Shown here one piece after another: positions 9,030-19,704 of a DNA stretch of 64,000 nt. The stretch comes from a virus. Location of the stretch: IMG/VR virus record IMGVR_UViG_3300029989_000016, positions 3,349-67,348 of that record; one strand, written 5' to 3'. Within the stretch, counting starts at the first letter, position 1; each line of letters opens with the position of its first letter. The translations under genes were made by a program, and so were the position numbers. Under the pieces are notes generated by a model. That model had not been told where the DNA came from. It saw only the letters and a program-made list of their open reading frames with translations, and made no database searches.

Positions 9030-9904
9030 GCTGCTGGTGGGCTTCCTGTTGCTTTAACGTAGAAAGGAATATCGCGGCTGGTAAGATCATATTCAAGCGA
9101 AGTAATAACGTAACGCCCGTCCAGACTAGGGTTTAATTGTGACGTGACTTCCACGGCCTGCGCAAGCTTTATATAGCCATCGAACATGCAGCGGAATTCT
9201 ATACCCCATTCATTCCAAGTCGGTATGCCTATGAACTTAGTCACGTTAGCGACTTCGGACGGATTAATGATTCGATTGCGATCTTTGACGATCAAAACGT
9301 CATCATCAACGAATGCCGCGACGTTCGGGCGATACATCGACTGGATATCGATAAGCAGCGCAGAGACTACCAAAATACTGCGAGCCGGGTTCGATATCAC
9401 AACATCGTTAAACGAAGTCTCGCAGACGAAGTTAGCGCCGAAGCCCATCTGTTTAGCTGCGTATTCGACATATCTATAGAAAGTCGTAGATGCCGGGGCG
9501 GGTTCGGATACGAAAGCGGTCTTGTCGATCTGGCGGGTAAAGCACGTAATTCTAACTCCGACATTAGGGGGCGCAGCGGTAGGCTCGCATAGCACCACCT
9601 GCCCCTTAAATACTGTCGATACCAGTTCGCCGCGAGTCGTTTTATATCCGGCCTGAATTTTAACGTTAATCCACTTCTGGCTTGCGCGACCGCTGTCAAC
9701 CAGGCGCTTATTCCACGCCGTGAATTGAGATAACAATTGCTCGCGCAAGCTTTTGGACATGCCCGTTACGTCAATCGCGGCGCGGCTTTGAATCGCCAGC
9801 GCGGCTTTTGATATCTTAATTTTCAAGTTAATGGACTGATCCAGCGTGACGTCGCCGCCCGGCATCGAAAGGATTACGCGAAGTATGCGAGTGTCAAGAG
9901 TCAT
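9026..9904 (-). CDS. Baseplate hub protein
   Basis: Follows the tape measure gene; IQAGY, VFKG, SQLNPSLDGRYVI motifs. Confidence 0.75.
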   Translation of the reverse strand: MTLDTRILRVILSMPGGDVTLDQSINLKIKISKAALAIQSRAAIDVTGMSKSLREQLLSQFTAWNKRLVDSGRASQKWINVKIQAGYKTTRGELVSTVFKGQVVLCEPTAAPPNVGVRITCFTRQIDKTAFVSEPAPASTTFYRYVEYAAKQMGFGANFVCETSFNDVVISNPARSILVVSALLIDIQSMYRPNVAAFVDDDVLIVKDRNRIINPSEVANVTKFIGIPTWNEWGIEFRCMFDGYIKLAQAVEVTSQLNPSLDGRYVITSLEYDLTSRDIPFYVKATGSPPAA

Positions 9905-12291
9905 TAGTATTTAATCCCGCTTGCGGCCTGGATAACCACGTCCGAAAATTGATCTGAAAATTGATCGCTGATGGCCTGTGCCGTCTCTTCAGGGCGCAAG
10001 GTGCTATTCACGTTAATCCATACTGCGCGCTCGCCGATAGTAATGCTTCGCGGCCCTTCCTGCGCACGCTCTACAGATTCGCCACCGTACTTTTGCATCA
10101 GCATAAGGCCGCGAGACTGGTCACGAACGTCAGTCATTATCTTGGATCGTTCCGTAGCGGTCAACATCTGATTTTGTAGACTGACAGCAAGGGCCGTGCC
10201 TTGATTCTGAATCTTTTTTGTGGACTGAGAAAGTACCATTTCAACGTCGCCACTATTAATACCGCCGTGCTGAATTTGTCCTACCGGAACTCCTAACGTA
10301 CTTGCGATGTTAGTCTGGACGGATCGGCGGTTAATATCGGCACGCGTTTCGCCAGCGACTTTATTGCGCGCCACCGGAAGCACTTTACGATCAGGCTCAT
10401 TACTGGATTTAACGATTGCGCCGACTAGGGATTCCATAGACCGCAAACGCTCGCCGCTAACGTGGACGACTTGCATTGCATCACGGGCCGTTTTAACGCC
10501 CGCTGCTGCGTCCGACTGCCCGCCCTTGTCGCCGGTAGGGATACCGTCCGCAATCGCAGCCTTGCCCTGTTTCCCGACCGCTACGCCGCTTCCTAACACC
10601 TTATCCGGGTATGCACGAGTCAACGGCCCCCATCCCGACTTGTCCGGGCCAGCGTGATAGCGCATAAGCCCTTCTCGGATATCGCCACCAGCAGCTTTTA
10701 TTTCCATCGCCAGCAGTTTAGCGCCGCCCGCTATATTCTGCGCGGGGTCTTTTGCGTTCGTCACACCGAGCGCTTTATTGTTGGCTGGCATAAGCTGCAT
10801 AAGGCCGACTGCGCCCGCGCCACTTACGATATTAGGATTAAATCCGCTTTCTACTTTCGTCACGCGCTTGAGCAAGTCGGCATCCACACCGTTACGTTTA
10901 CCCTCTGCACGGAAAATAGCATCATACTTATCGGTGGATCGTTCGTATCCTGCGCCGTTGCTGCCGTTCATTTGCTTCGCAAGCTGCGCCTGAACGTCCA
11001 TCGGGTCTTCCGTGTTCGTCATCGAAGCGGCTTTGCCTATTTCACCCGCCCATGCCGCCCACACCTGCTTCTCGTCAATAGCGTTAGCAAACGATGATAC
11101 GGCCCCTGCGAACATATTCACGGCGAGGCTCATTTCTGTGGCGGTTGCAAGACCTTGCTTATTTATTTCGTCAAGACCTGAAACTAATTTATCTGCCGCC
11201 TTGTTGCTCTTTTCCGCCGCCTTTTGACCTTCTGGTGTTGCAAGATGGGCCTTCGCCGCCTGCGCCTCTTGCACTCCAGACACAGCACCCTTTATTGCCT
11301 TATATGTGGTGATATATGTTTCGGCATTGAATGGGTTAAAGTGTATGGCCTTCTCCCATAAAGGCTTAATTCGTTCACCCTGCTGTGGCGCAAGTTCTTT
11401 TTTAACTCCTTTTGCCACAGCAGGTATCGAACCGGCAATACCGGCGAACATTTCCGTAAGCTTAGTCAGGAACGGGATTAACTCTTGCCCCAGAACGTTG
11501 GACGCCGCACGGAACTGCTCGTTCATATCCGTGATGGCTTTGTTAAATCCGGTCACGGATGCCTCAGCGCCGATGCGGGATTTAATTTCCTCTTCAGTGA
11601 GTGTAGTTATTTTGCCGATTTCAGGCCCGACCTTTTGAAGCGCAAGCGCGAAGTCTTGAGACATTCCGATGCTTTTTGCCAAGCCCTGCACGTCGGACGA
11701 CGACTTACCTGCGAACGTGGTTGCGAGCGATGATAATGCATCGTTTGTGGACGTGGAGCCTTTGCCGCGCTGGCCTGGATCGATGCCCAGCATTTTAAGC
11801 TGCTTCGATTGCGTGCCCATGCGCGTAGGATCAGCGTATGCCGCTCCTATCATTTCGCTGAACTTCTTAACTTCGCCGATGGTAGTGTCGCGGCTTACCG
11901 TTCCAGCAGACGCCTTTGCTATCTTTCTCTGGTAGTCCTCGATACGAATACCTGACACGCCAGTCTCCATCCCCTGTACGCGCTGCGTGTTATATTGCTC
12001 GCGCATAGCCATCGTCGCTTTAATGCCTGCCGCGAGCGCTGCGACGGCCAGCGTGGCAATTGCAAACTCGCCGGACATAAGTTTTACTGCTGCGGATACT
12101 TTATCCACACCTGGAACCACCTTGCCTAGCTCGTCAACGGCACCCCTGGATAGTTCTTCGAATTGGCGCTTAAGATTGGAATTCGTCTTTACGACGCTTT
12201 CCACTTTTTGATTAAGCTTTTCCAGACGCTCGATGGCGTCCTTCATTTCTACGGTGTATTGTAGAACGAATTTATCCATTTCATCAGCCAT
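9904..12291 (-). CDS. Tape measure protein with lytic transglycosylase (SLT) domain
   Basis: Long Ala/Gly helical protein with VESGFNPNIVSGAGAVGLMQLMP...DPAQNIAGG..L...YHAG. Confidence 0.92.
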   Translation of the reverse strand: MADEMDKFVLQYTVEMKDAIERLEKLNQKVESVVKTNSNLKRQFEELSRGAVDELGKVVPGVDKVSAAVKLMSGEFAIATLAVAALAAGIKATMAMREQYNTQRVQGMETGVSGIRIEDYQRKIAKASAGTVSRDTTIGEVKKFSEMIGAAYADPTRMGTQSKQLKMLGIDPGQRGKGSTSTNDALSSLATTFAGKSSSDVQGLAKSIGMSQDFALALQKVGPEIGKITTLTEEEIKSRIGAEASVTGFNKAITDMNEQFRAASNVLGQELIPFLTKLTEMFAGIAGSIPAVAKGVKKELAPQQGERIKPLWEKAIHFNPFNAETYITTYKAIKGAVSGVQEAQAAKAHLATPEGQKAAEKSNKAADKLVSGLDEINKQGLATATEMSLAVNMFAGAVSSFANAIDEKQVWAAWAGEIGKAASMTNTEDPMDVQAQLAKQMNGSNGAGYERSTDKYDAIFRAEGKRNGVDADLLKRVTKVESGFNPNIVSGAGAVGLMQLMPANNKALGVTNAKDPAQNIAGGAKLLAMEIKAAGGDIREGLMRYHAGPDKSGWGPLTRAYPDKVLGSGVAVGKQGKAAIADGIPTGDKGGQSDAAAGVKTARDAMQVVHVSGERLRSMESLVGAIVKSSNEPDRKVLPVARNKVAGETRADINRRSVQTNIASTLGVPVGQIQHGGINSGDVEMVLSQSTKKIQNQGTALAVSLQNQMLTATERSKIMTDVRDQSRGLMLMQKYGGESVERAQEGPRSITIGERAVWINVNSTLRPEETAQAISDQFSDQFSDVVIQAASGIKY

Positions 12292-12294
12292 GGA

Positions 12295-12708
12295 TTATTC
12301 CTTGTTGACGGCGTTAATCGATTCCAGCGCAGGGCCAAGTAATCCAGACGCCGCCGCGAAGAACGCAACGGCCATTTGCTCGCCGACTTCCGCCCAATGG
12401 CGCGGCTGGTTAGCGTGCGTCTTCGGATCGATTCCGTTGAACGACAGGACGGCTTCGAAGACTTCGCGTATATTCTCCCAGCTGCGAAGATGGTTATCGA
12501 TAAGCGCGTCGGTGGAAAGTGGCATGTCGTTTGTGCCGATTTTGATGGTGGCATAGCTCAGGACTTCCATCGTGAATTCCCGGCGCGAATGGCGGTCTGT
12601 AGCTGCCGCGAATTCCACGAAGCGATGCTGAATTTCCCAGCCGTCCAGCGCAGGGAAATGGGAAATGGTGACTTGGCGCGTCTCGCCGTTCGGGAGGGTA
12701 ATGTTCAT
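12295..12708 (-). CDS. Tail assembly chaperone (probable)
   Basis: Directly upstream of the tape measure gene; ISHFPALDG...ALIDNH motif. Confidence 0.65.
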   Translation of the reverse strand: MNITLPNGETRQVTISHFPALDGWEIQHRFVEFAAATDRHSRREFTMEVLSYATIKIGTNDMPLSTDALIDNHLRSWENIREVFEAVLSFNGIDPKTHANQPRHWAEVGEQMAVAFFAAASGLLGPALESINAVNKE

Positions 12709-13274
12709 GTTATTCCTAGCTTGGTGGATATGCGATTATATAGGGTCTTGGCAGACTCCGTAAGGGTAGGGGGCGTCTGTATGCGTGCGCCGTATGTCGG
12801 AGCGTCTGCGGACTGCGCCGGGTCGAATCCTGCGGGCGTCGGAGGCGCGGCCTGCTCCATCAGCATGACCACTTTGCTTGCGCCTAGCATATCGCCAGCC
12901 TGCGATATTTCCATTTCCACCGGCATCATATTTGCTACGATGAACGATTTAGCGGATACTGATATCGTCAGAGTCTGATCGTTAAAGTCACCCTGCATGG
13001 AAGTAAGCGTAGATACGTCCTCTACAAATCCAGTAATTCGCATGCCGGAAGGCGTTATGACCTTTGCGGCTTTAATGTCTTCCGCCAAAAGGCTTATGTA
13101 TGCACCCTGCTGAGCATACTGGATAGATGATATCGGGGATTCCGTCGTCTCGGACGATGCCAACACCTCCACGTCCCGAATCTTAAAACGCGCCCACATG
13201 GCTCGGCCAGTTGCATCATTCGTTATCGACGTTGCGGACTTTCCGAAGATTGATGATAAGATTGAGTTAGCCAC
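12705..13274 (-). CDS. Baseplate/tail structural protein (Dit-like)
   Basis: Position in the tail operon; paralogous in style to 13267-13815. Confidence 0.6.
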   Translation of the reverse strand: MANSILSSIFGKSATSITNDATGRAMWARFKIRDVEVLASSETTESPISSIQYAQQGAYISLLAEDIKAAKVITPSGMRITGFVEDVSTLTSMQGDFNDQTLTISVSAKSFIVANMMPVEMEISQAGDMLGASKVVMLMEQAAPPTPAGFDPAQSADAPTYGARIQTPPTLTESAKTLYNRISTKLGIT

Positions 13275-13815
13275 CTATTAATCCTTTTACTTGATCCACT
13301 CCAGCCTTTACTTTCGCGGATAGTTCGGCGACGTTCTGCTTTGCGTTATTCACCAGAACCATGCCGCGATTTACTATCGTGGAATCTGCGGACTGACCTA
13401 GAATTGCGGACGGCTTACTATCTGTCGGCACGCTTTTGAAGCTGATTCGAACTGGTGTGGCTGTGAGAACTTCCGGCGTCTGCCTTGCGTTCTCACTCAG
13501 GGGCAGAAGGCCGTCAATAGTAATGCCGCGACTGGATACTGAATATTGAGACTCACGATCCAGCATTATTGCATTAACCTGATTAATGGTATCCATATCT
13601 GGGCAATAGGCGTCTATGGCGACCATCGCAGGCTTGATGATGCGAGTGTCTGTTGTGGTAGTTCCGTCCTCGTTGGCGTGGCGCATTGCCGTGGACGAAA
13701 GCTTGATCGTGACTTTTATTATTTTTAAATTAGGGGCGACGACAGAGGATGCCGCTCCCTTTGATATTTTGAAAGTGGCCCGCGAAAACAGGCTCGATAA
13801 TGCGCTGGATGCCAT
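13267..13815 (-). CDS. Baseplate/tail structural protein (Dit-like)
   Basis: MRHANEDGTTTTDTRIIKP resembles the H..E.G..I.D..I..P motif of tube-fold initiator proteins. Confidence 0.65.
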   Translation of the reverse strand: MASSALSSLFSRATFKISKGAASSVVAPNLKIIKVTIKLSSTAMRHANEDGTTTTDTRIIKPAMVAIDAYCPDMDTINQVNAIMLDRESQYSVSSRGITIDGLLPLSENARQTPEVLTATPVRISFKSVPTDSKPSAILGQSADSTIVNRGMVLVNNAKQNVAELSAKVKAGVDQVKGLIGG

Positions 13816-14312
13816 TACAGAAGGCTCGTAAAAGTTTGAACCAATCCAGATATGACCTGTTTGGCAGATTGGGCACCAGAGAAGCTGCCGAAGACGAACG
13901 TATAGACGTTCCCTTTTTTACGCCCGCTCAACTGAATACTATCTGCAAGCGGGCCTTTGATAATGCTTCCGTTCGTGAAAATTACCTTGCCGCCGTCCGG
14001 GTACGATATCACCATCGACGTAACATCAGGCAGCGGAATGATAGAGGCCGCGCCCTTGCGTGATTGCAATAGTATTTTCAAATTTATGTCGTCGCTACTG
14101 CCTGGAATAACAGCCACCATCAGTTTTACCGGCACTGCCTTATCGAAGATAAAGATGGAACCATCCATGAGCATTTCATAAGCGGTTGCTTCGATATCTT
14201 CGACGGCAAGCGGGTCTTGATCGTCAGCGAACTGGGACAGAGAAAATCCGACCGGGAATGACTGAACTGCCAGCACGGTTATGCTCGCCCCGAATCCGCT
14301 GATGTCGATCAT
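13815..14312 (-). CDS. Tail tube paralogue (tube initiator)
   Basis: MIDISGFG...FP.GF..SQFADD.DPL, clearly homologous to 15267-15719. Confidence 0.75.
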   Translation of the reverse strand: MIDISGFGASITVLAVQSFPVGFSLSQFADDQDPLAVEDIEATAYEMLMDGSIFIFDKAVPVKLMVAVIPGSSDDINLKILLQSRKGAASIIPLPDVTSMVISYPDGGKVIFTNGSIIKGPLADSIQLSGRKKGNVYTFVFGSFSGAQSAKQVISGLVQTFTSLL

Positions 14313-14313
14313 A

Positions 14314-14586
14314 TTACGCCTTCGCTGCGACTTTTGCTGCCGGCTTCGCTACCGCATCCGAAGCAGGCGCTTCCGTGGCAGGCTCGACGGCAACGGGCGC
14401 AGGGGCAGGTTCTGCGGAAACGGGTGCAGGGGTAGGCAAGCGCTCTGCAAGGCCGACATCTTGAAACGGCTCTGCTTTAGTCTCTTCATGCAGGGTGTAG
14501 GATGGCAAAGGGGCTTGCGCGATGGGGCGGAAGTCTTGCGCCGATACAAGAACGCCATTCGAAAATTGCACTTTGTTTTCGTTCAT
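14314..14586 (-). CDS. Pro/Ala-rich low-complexity protein
   Basis: Tightly packed between tail genes; PAPVSAEPAPAPVAVEP. Confidence 0.6.
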   Translation of the reverse strand: MNENKVQFSNGVLVSAQDFRPIAQAPLPSYTLHEETKAEPFQDVGLAERLPTPAPVSAEPAPAPVAVEPATEAPASDAVAKPAAKVAAKA

Positions 14587-14587
14587 T

Positions 14588-14938
14588 TTATTTACTCACA
14601 AGTAATAGACCGTAGATCGTGACGACTTTGGCCTCATAATTAAAGATATCGCCATCGATGGTGATATCTAAGGAATCGATACTAATCGTATCGGGAACGC
14701 TGAGAATTGCAATCGAAAGGGATCGCCGCGCCGCGCCGTAATCGCGCTGTGCGGCAAAAATTACGCCAAGAAAATCCACCCCGTCCGTCTGGCTGTACGG
14801 ATTTTCTTTCAGGCGCATAAGGCATGCTTGGCGCATATCCTGTACGCACGCATCTGCTCCTGAAAGGACGTTAATTGATCGACCATTCGGTAAGAACAGG
14901 TCATTATTCTCGTCCACTTGCAGTGTCGATATAGCCAT
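14588..14938 (-). CDS. Baseplate wedge / sheath initiator (gp25-like)
   Basis: MAISTLQVDENNDL...ACVQ...E.PY....GVDF; start overlaps the upstream stop (TAATG). Confidence 0.65.
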   Translation of the reverse strand: MAISTLQVDENNDLFLPNGRSINVLSGADACVQDMRQACLMRLKENPYSQTDGVDFLGVIFAAQRDYGAARRSLSIAILSVPDTISIDSLDITIDGDIFNYEAKVVTIYGLLLVSK

Positions 14939-15267
14939 TATACGGTAACGCTCAAAAGTGAACTTGCCTGGAATTCCGCAAACTCTGCGGCACTCAAATA
15001 ATACAGATTGCAAGAGGACGCAAAATTAGTCCAGTCGGCATCTTCGTCAAAAATCAGGTTGCCGAAATTCGGAGTATGCATGTAAGAATACGGCATTAAA
15101 GCGATTCCGCCGAAGCACCGAACGCCATCCATAAGCTTAACCCCATTCCTGGAGATATCGGCGTACATATGGCTTATGGCTTGATAAACTCTAACCTGCC
15201 AATATGCCCCGTCCGCATTAAACGATATGGACTGATTCGGAACTGGAGTCAGCGGAATCGCTAACAT
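14938..15267 (-). CDS. Baseplate plug-like structural protein
   Basis: IPL.PVPNQS...GN.IF...F...C.L.Y motif common in myophages. Confidence 0.7.
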   Translation of the reverse strand: MLAIPLTPVPNQSISFNADGAYWQVRVYQAISHMYADISRNGVKLMDGVRCFGGIALMPYSYMHTPNFGNLIFDEDADWTNFASSCNLYYLSAAEFAEFQASSLLSVTV

Positions 15268-15719
15268 TATTGCCCGCCGCTCTTGCTTACTTGCTCAAAG
15301 CGGAAGCGGTACAGTCGCGTTTTCATGCGGCCAGCCGATGCGACGTTGGGCAGGATCGCGCCTGAGATAATCACGCCCTTGCTCAAGTTTGCAATCATTC
15401 CGTTCGGATAGGTGATAACCATTCCGACCTGATCGCGTGCGCTCGATTTGTTTTTGCCGACGCGGTTTGCGTCCAGCAATACGGCCAGATTCGAATCGCT
15501 GTCGCTCGTCGGGATGACGTTCAAAACGATTTCGATACCTGCTGGGCGAGTCCACACCAGCATGTCGCCATTCAGGCCGAACGCGGTATCAGCAGCGACC
15601 AGATCAGGCGAATCCAAAGGGTCGGCATCGTCGGCAAAATCCGCAACGGAAAAGCCCGTTGGGAACGAGGCCGATGCCGTCACGATGGCCAGCAGGCCGA
15701 AGCCGGAAATATTAATCAT
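15267..15719 (-). CDS. Tail tube protein
   Basis: Directly after the sheath; ASASFPTGFSVADFADDADPLD. Confidence 0.85.
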   Translation of the reverse strand: MINISGFGLLAIVTASASFPTGFSVADFADDADPLDSPDLVAADTAFGLNGDMLVWTRPAGIEIVLNVIPTSDSDSNLAVLLDANRVGKNKSSARDQVGMVITYPNGMIANLSKGVIISGAILPNVASAGRMKTRLYRFRFEQVSKSGGQ

Positions 15720-15793
15720 TTAACTACTCCTTGTGTTGTTTATTATAGCCTGGCAGAACGCGGCAAGCAACATGCAACTTGCCGCGAATTGCG

Positions 15794-17317
15794 TTAGATC
15801 AGGATGTTGCTGCCGACGACTTTGCGGATGGAATCTTTCTTAGCATACAGCAAAACGTAGTTCGCTTGCCATTCGACAATGCCGCTGTTCGGGTTCGGGG
15901 CGCTCGTGAAATTCACGTCCAGCCAGTAGCCGATGGTGGCGATTTGACGCCATGCATTTTCGTCCGCGCTGATGGCCGTAATGTACTGCTTTTGGATCAC
16001 GATCAGAGTTTTGCCGATTGAAATCACGCCGTTATCACGGGCCTTATCGATGGAGCTTTGGATGACTGCCAGAATCTGGCCCTGCCCTTGGATATCAGCA
16101 GGCACGATAGGCATCGCCAAGAACAGCGAAAACAGGCTGGCCGTGATGTCGGACTTGAGCCACAACTCATTGGAGTAGACGCCCATATCAGTCGCCGCCG
16201 TAGCATCGCCGCACAAGACGCCGCGCTGGTAGAACGCCAGGGGCTGGCCTGCCGCTTGCGTGACGCCGATATAGTTGCAGCGGCTTGCGTCGGCGAGGTT
16301 AGCACCTGCATCGTCCGTAACAGTAACGGTGCGAGCGCCGAACTGATAAAACATATAGTTCTGCGCAGCGGCAGGGCGCGAGTAGTCTGTGGATGCCATA
16401 ATTTCACACGGGCTTTGCTCGATGAAGTCGGTGGACAGCGGCGACGAGGAAATGTTAATCGCGCAACCGGAGTAACCCTTAACCAGAGCGTAAAGCGCGG
16501 CCATGTTGCTGCGCAGCGTGATTACGCTGTACAGATACATATTGTTTTGCGAATGGTTCCACAAAGCGATATCCGCAATATCCGAATTAGCCAGCGGCGC
16601 AGTTCCATTGCAGAATGCGAACGAACCGAAATTGTTGCTGATGCTTGCGCTTTTTGCGACAGCTACGGCTGGCGTATCGGCAACCTGCCCGGCAGTCGTC
16701 ACCATACCATTACCCACCCAGCCAAGTAGTGGCGCTAGGTCGGCAGGCGTTCCGGTTGGAGTAGGGGTGATCGTGCCGGAACCTACTACGCCGCCAGCCA
16801 AAATAAATTGGTTCGTGTTCGTATTGAACGTGACGACTGCGGTTGCAAGTTGTACGTTTGCGCCTGGCGCCGCACGAACTGCCGTTTGGATCAGCGCGGC
16901 CACTTCTGTGAGGTTCGTGGCCGTGGAAGTATTCACTGCGGAAACCACGATAGGAGCGCCGCCTACGGCCAGAGTCAAAGTGCCAGCCGTTACGCCCGTG
17001 AATCGGCCATCTTTCTTGTCGGAATCGCCGATGATCATAGGCGCGATATCCGCGCTCACGAAGCGGGCAAAGCTGATCATTTCCGGTTTTTTAATGCTCT
17101 TGTTGATGAAGCCGAAATACGCCTGCGCGCGGCGGTATTCTTCCGAGGTCATGCCAAAATATGCGCCGACCGATTCCGGGTTTCCGAACTCTGCTACAAT
17201 TCCTGGAGGGATTGCGCCACTCTGCGTGATGAGGCGCAAGATGAGCTTACGGGCCGCGACTACTGCGCCAGCCCCCACGCCCGAAGTAATTAAAACGTAA
17301 CGGGATTGATTAATCAC
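15794..17317 (-). CDS. Tail sheath protein (DUF3383)
   Basis: RYVLITSGVG, V..YFG..SEEY.RA..YF, NELWLKS, NGVISIGK, GYWL; GTG start. Confidence 0.9.
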   Translation of the reverse strand: MINQSRYVLITSGVGAGAVVAARKLILRLITQSGAIPPGIVAEFGNPESVGAYFGMTSEEYRRAQAYFGFINKSIKKPEMISFARFVSADIAPMIIGDSDKKDGRFTGVTAGTLTLAVGGAPIVVSAVNTSTATNLTEVAALIQTAVRAAPGANVQLATAVVTFNTNTNQFILAGGVVGSGTITPTPTGTPADLAPLLGWVGNGMVTTAGQVADTPAVAVAKSASISNNFGSFAFCNGTAPLANSDIADIALWNHSQNNMYLYSVITLRSNMAALYALVKGYSGCAINISSSPLSTDFIEQSPCEIMASTDYSRPAAAQNYMFYQFGARTVTVTDDAGANLADASRCNYIGVTQAAGQPLAFYQRGVLCGDATAATDMGVYSNELWLKSDITASLFSLFLAMPIVPADIQGQGQILAVIQSSIDKARDNGVISIGKTLIVIQKQYITAISADENAWRQIATIGYWLDVNFTSAPNPNSGIVEWQANYVLLYAKKDSIRKVVGSNILI

Positions 17318-17332
17318 GGTTGTAACTCCTGT

Positions 17333-17815
17333 TTAAGTGATGATGCTGCTTACCGATTGCCACATATGCGCAGTATCGATTAGCGGTTTATCGAAGCCTT
17401 TAGCCCGAATGGTATGCGGGGAATTCGCTTGCCATCCCCCATTTCTTATGCTTCTTACGATGCTGTTTTCAAGCGCTGTACCGATTTGACCAAGTGCCTG
17501 ATCTGCGTTTATTTTTCCAGAAATAAGGTCTTTGGCAATCTTGTCCTGAATCTTTACGCGGTCATTCTGAAAGTTCTTCCAAGCCAATCGCATGAAGGGC
17601 CGCGCAGGTATTATAACCGTGTACGACGTTCCTTTAGAGCTTGTTTTGCGGATAGTTGCGCCGAACTCCTGTATGCGGGCGACGGATGCCACGGACTGGC
17701 CGGGGCTTCCGCCTGCGCCTGATCCGTACCGCGCAGAGGCGAACCAGCCCGCCTCTACAGAGCGCCCTTTAAGCTTCTTCAGCGCGTCGATATGGCGCTG
17801 AATCATGGACGTCAT
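17333..17815 (-). CDS. Neck / tail completion protein
   Basis: VARIQEFG...IPARPFMR...NSPHTIRAKGFDKPLIDTAHM. Confidence 0.8.
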   Translation of the reverse strand: MTSMIQRHIDALKKLKGRSVEAGWFASARYGSGAGGSPGQSVASVARIQEFGATIRKTSSKGTSYTVIIPARPFMRLAWKNFQNDRVKIQDKIAKDLISGKINADQALGQIGTALENSIVRSIRNGGWQANSPHTIRAKGFDKPLIDTAHMWQSVSSIIT

Positions 17816-18360
17816 ACAACGACCTGCACAAGCTGCGCGACAACCTTATCCGTTCCCGGCGTCGTCATGGAAATGGTACGGTTATAAGTCACTACCAAAT
17901 CGAAATTAGGGTTTGCCTCGATTTGGTTTCGATCATCTTGAAAGTAAGGGTTCCGTACATTCGTAACGCGAAGAAGTCCGATTCCCATGGCGCGCAGTCT
18001 GCGCATGACCGTAGGGGTTTGCAGGAACATTTTAAGATGCTGCGCAACGTCCGATGCAGACGGCAGCGCAAGATCGGTTTCGACTTGACGCACCATCGCG
18101 CTGATCTGGAAAGTAGCCTCCCAAAGCTGCATGGTTACGTCTGTGAAGATTTTATTCTCTGCGTCTGGAGTGCGTTTAGTCATCGGCCAGCCGTAAGCGT
18201 CATCAAAAAGCTTTTCGAAAAATACAGTCGGGGCGGCTGGTATTCCCTCTTGCGTAAGATTGTGTTTTTGGATGACGATAAAGCCCCACTTGACGGCCAT
18301 AGCGGCCTCAAGCTGGGTTGAAACTGCATCTATTAATTCCAGGTCGTCAAGTTCGGTCAT
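17812..18360 (-). CDS. Neck/tail terminator-like protein
   Basis: TFQISA...RNPYFQDDR..E.NPNFD; position in neck region. Confidence 0.7.
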   Translation of the reverse strand: MTELDDLELIDAVSTQLEAAMAVKWGFIVIQKHNLTQEGIPAAPTVFFEKLFDDAYGWPMTKRTPDAENKIFTDVTMQLWEATFQISAMVRQVETDLALPSASDVAQHLKMFLQTPTVMRRLRAMGIGLLRVTNVRNPYFQDDRNQIEANPNFDLVVTYNRTISMTTPGTDKVVAQLVQVVV

Positions 18361-18361
18361 T

Positions 18362-18733
18362 TTATGAGTCCAGAGGCACTTCCACGGCTATGCAAGACAC
18401 CCAACCGTCCATATCAAACCATGCGTTCTGGCCTTCCAGTTGGTAATGTCGCCCTTTGTAGGTAAATTTATCGCCGGAAGAATCGCGGTGAATATTTACC
18501 AGATTACTCATTGCGTAAATTTTGATGTAATTCTTTTGGAACTCCAGGCCGTACTCGATATATTTATTGCGTGGAACGGCCTGGACAGATGCTTTGATAG
18601 TCAGCGGCGGGTTGTATTCGCTAACCCACTGCCGCGCCCTGTTTAGCGTGCGCGCCTTAAAAGTCTCGATTGTGATATCAGTCGGCTTTATGAGTCTCAG
18701 AGCCTGCCGCAAAAGGTTAGAGCCGGGATTCAA
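18362..18733 (-). CDS. Head closure protein
   Basis: PGSNLL...SVQAVPR..Y...GL...R..SGD....W..DGW. Confidence 0.7.
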   Translation of the reverse strand: MNPGSNLLRQALRLIKPTDITIETFKARTLNRARQWVSEYNPPLTIKASVQAVPRNKYIEYGLEFQKNYIKIYAMSNLVNIHRDSSGDKFTYKGRHYQLEGQNAWFDMDGWVSCIAVEVPLDS

Positions 18734-19191
18734 AAGAATGCCCCGCCCACCTTGCGGAACGCTTCACGCTCTGGCAGTCCGCCAATGCTGGTTCCGCCAA
18801 CTCCGATGATGCCGAGTAGCGCCCAGAGCATTTGCCCGTAAGGTGTAGATGCCAGCCACCACTCCCATCCGTCTTTTGCAGGGGGTGCAAGCTTCGCCAC
18901 GCTTACGTCTCCTACCGTTGCGCTCGTTTCGAACCCGCCCTGCTCGCCGCCCGGCGTTCCGCTGCCGTTCGGGCCTGCGCCTTGACGCTGGCCGATAATC
19001 AGCAAGTGCGCGGCGAGCATGTTTACTGCCGCGACTAGCGCCTTTCCATTGAGCATTCGGAATGGGCAATCCACCGTATCGATAAAGGCCGACGCTAAAT
19101 CCCAATACAATTCGATCATGATCGATGGATACGCGACCGGATCGGCGAACTCTTGGAACTGCAATCTGAATTTTTCTTCGTCATACTGCAT
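18730..19191 (-). CDS. Head-tail adaptor (DUF4054)
   Basis: FR..F.EF..P..YP, L.AHL, SATVGDVSV, W..STPYGQ. Confidence 0.85.
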   Translation of the reverse strand: MQYDEEKFRLQFQEFADPVAYPSIMIELYWDLASAFIDTVDCPFRMLNGKALVAAVNMLAAHLLIIGQRQGAGPNGSGTPGGEQGGFETSATVGDVSVAKLAPPAKDGWEWWLASTPYGQMLWALLGIIGVGGTSIGGLPEREAFRKVGGAFF

Positions 19192-19208
19192 AGCGTCGGC
19201 CTTTTAGG

Positions 19209-19643
19209 TTACAGACTGAATTGCGTGTCGGACTGCATGTGGTGGTTGGTCTTCACGGCGATGCTTTGCTTTACCGTCGATGGCGTCAGCTGGTCGGATT
19301 TGTCCGTGCATTCCATCGAGCGCGTTTCTTTGATGATGGCGCTGTGGTTTCCGGCGATGTTGTCGTCCAGGATTTTTACGCGGTTCGCGTCCAGGTGCTT
19401 TTTGAAGAGCGTATGCAGCATCAGACTGGCGTATTGCTCGTCCGTGACCTTCGTTACGACGCCCTGCGCCGTCCAGAGTGGCTGCGATCCGCCGTCTACA
19501 CGGTCGCCAAAGCCGCTGGTGGCGCTTGGGGTGCGTGCGCCGCCGTGGATGATGATTGCATCCACAACGACTGGGATTTGACCCGATGTTTTGTAAGTGC
19601 GATAATTGATGGAGTTAGCCATCGTGGAAAGAATATATTTCAT
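19209..19643 (-). CDS. Conserved hypothetical virion-region protein
   Basis: YILSTMA...I.GGA...GVVTKVTDEQ...F..H; follows the capsid gene. Confidence 0.7.
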   Translation of the reverse strand: MKYILSTMANSINYRTYKTSGQIPVVVDAIIIHGGARTPSATSGFGDRVDGGSQPLWTAQGVVTKVTDEQYASLMLHTLFKKHLDANRVKILDDNIAGNHSAIIKETRSMECTDKSDQLTPSTVKQSIAVKTNHHMQSDTQFSL

Positions 19644-19704
19644 GTCGTGTAGTCCTCGTTATTTACGTCAGATTAAGCCCCTACAGCCTATCTAATCGGG
19701 TTTA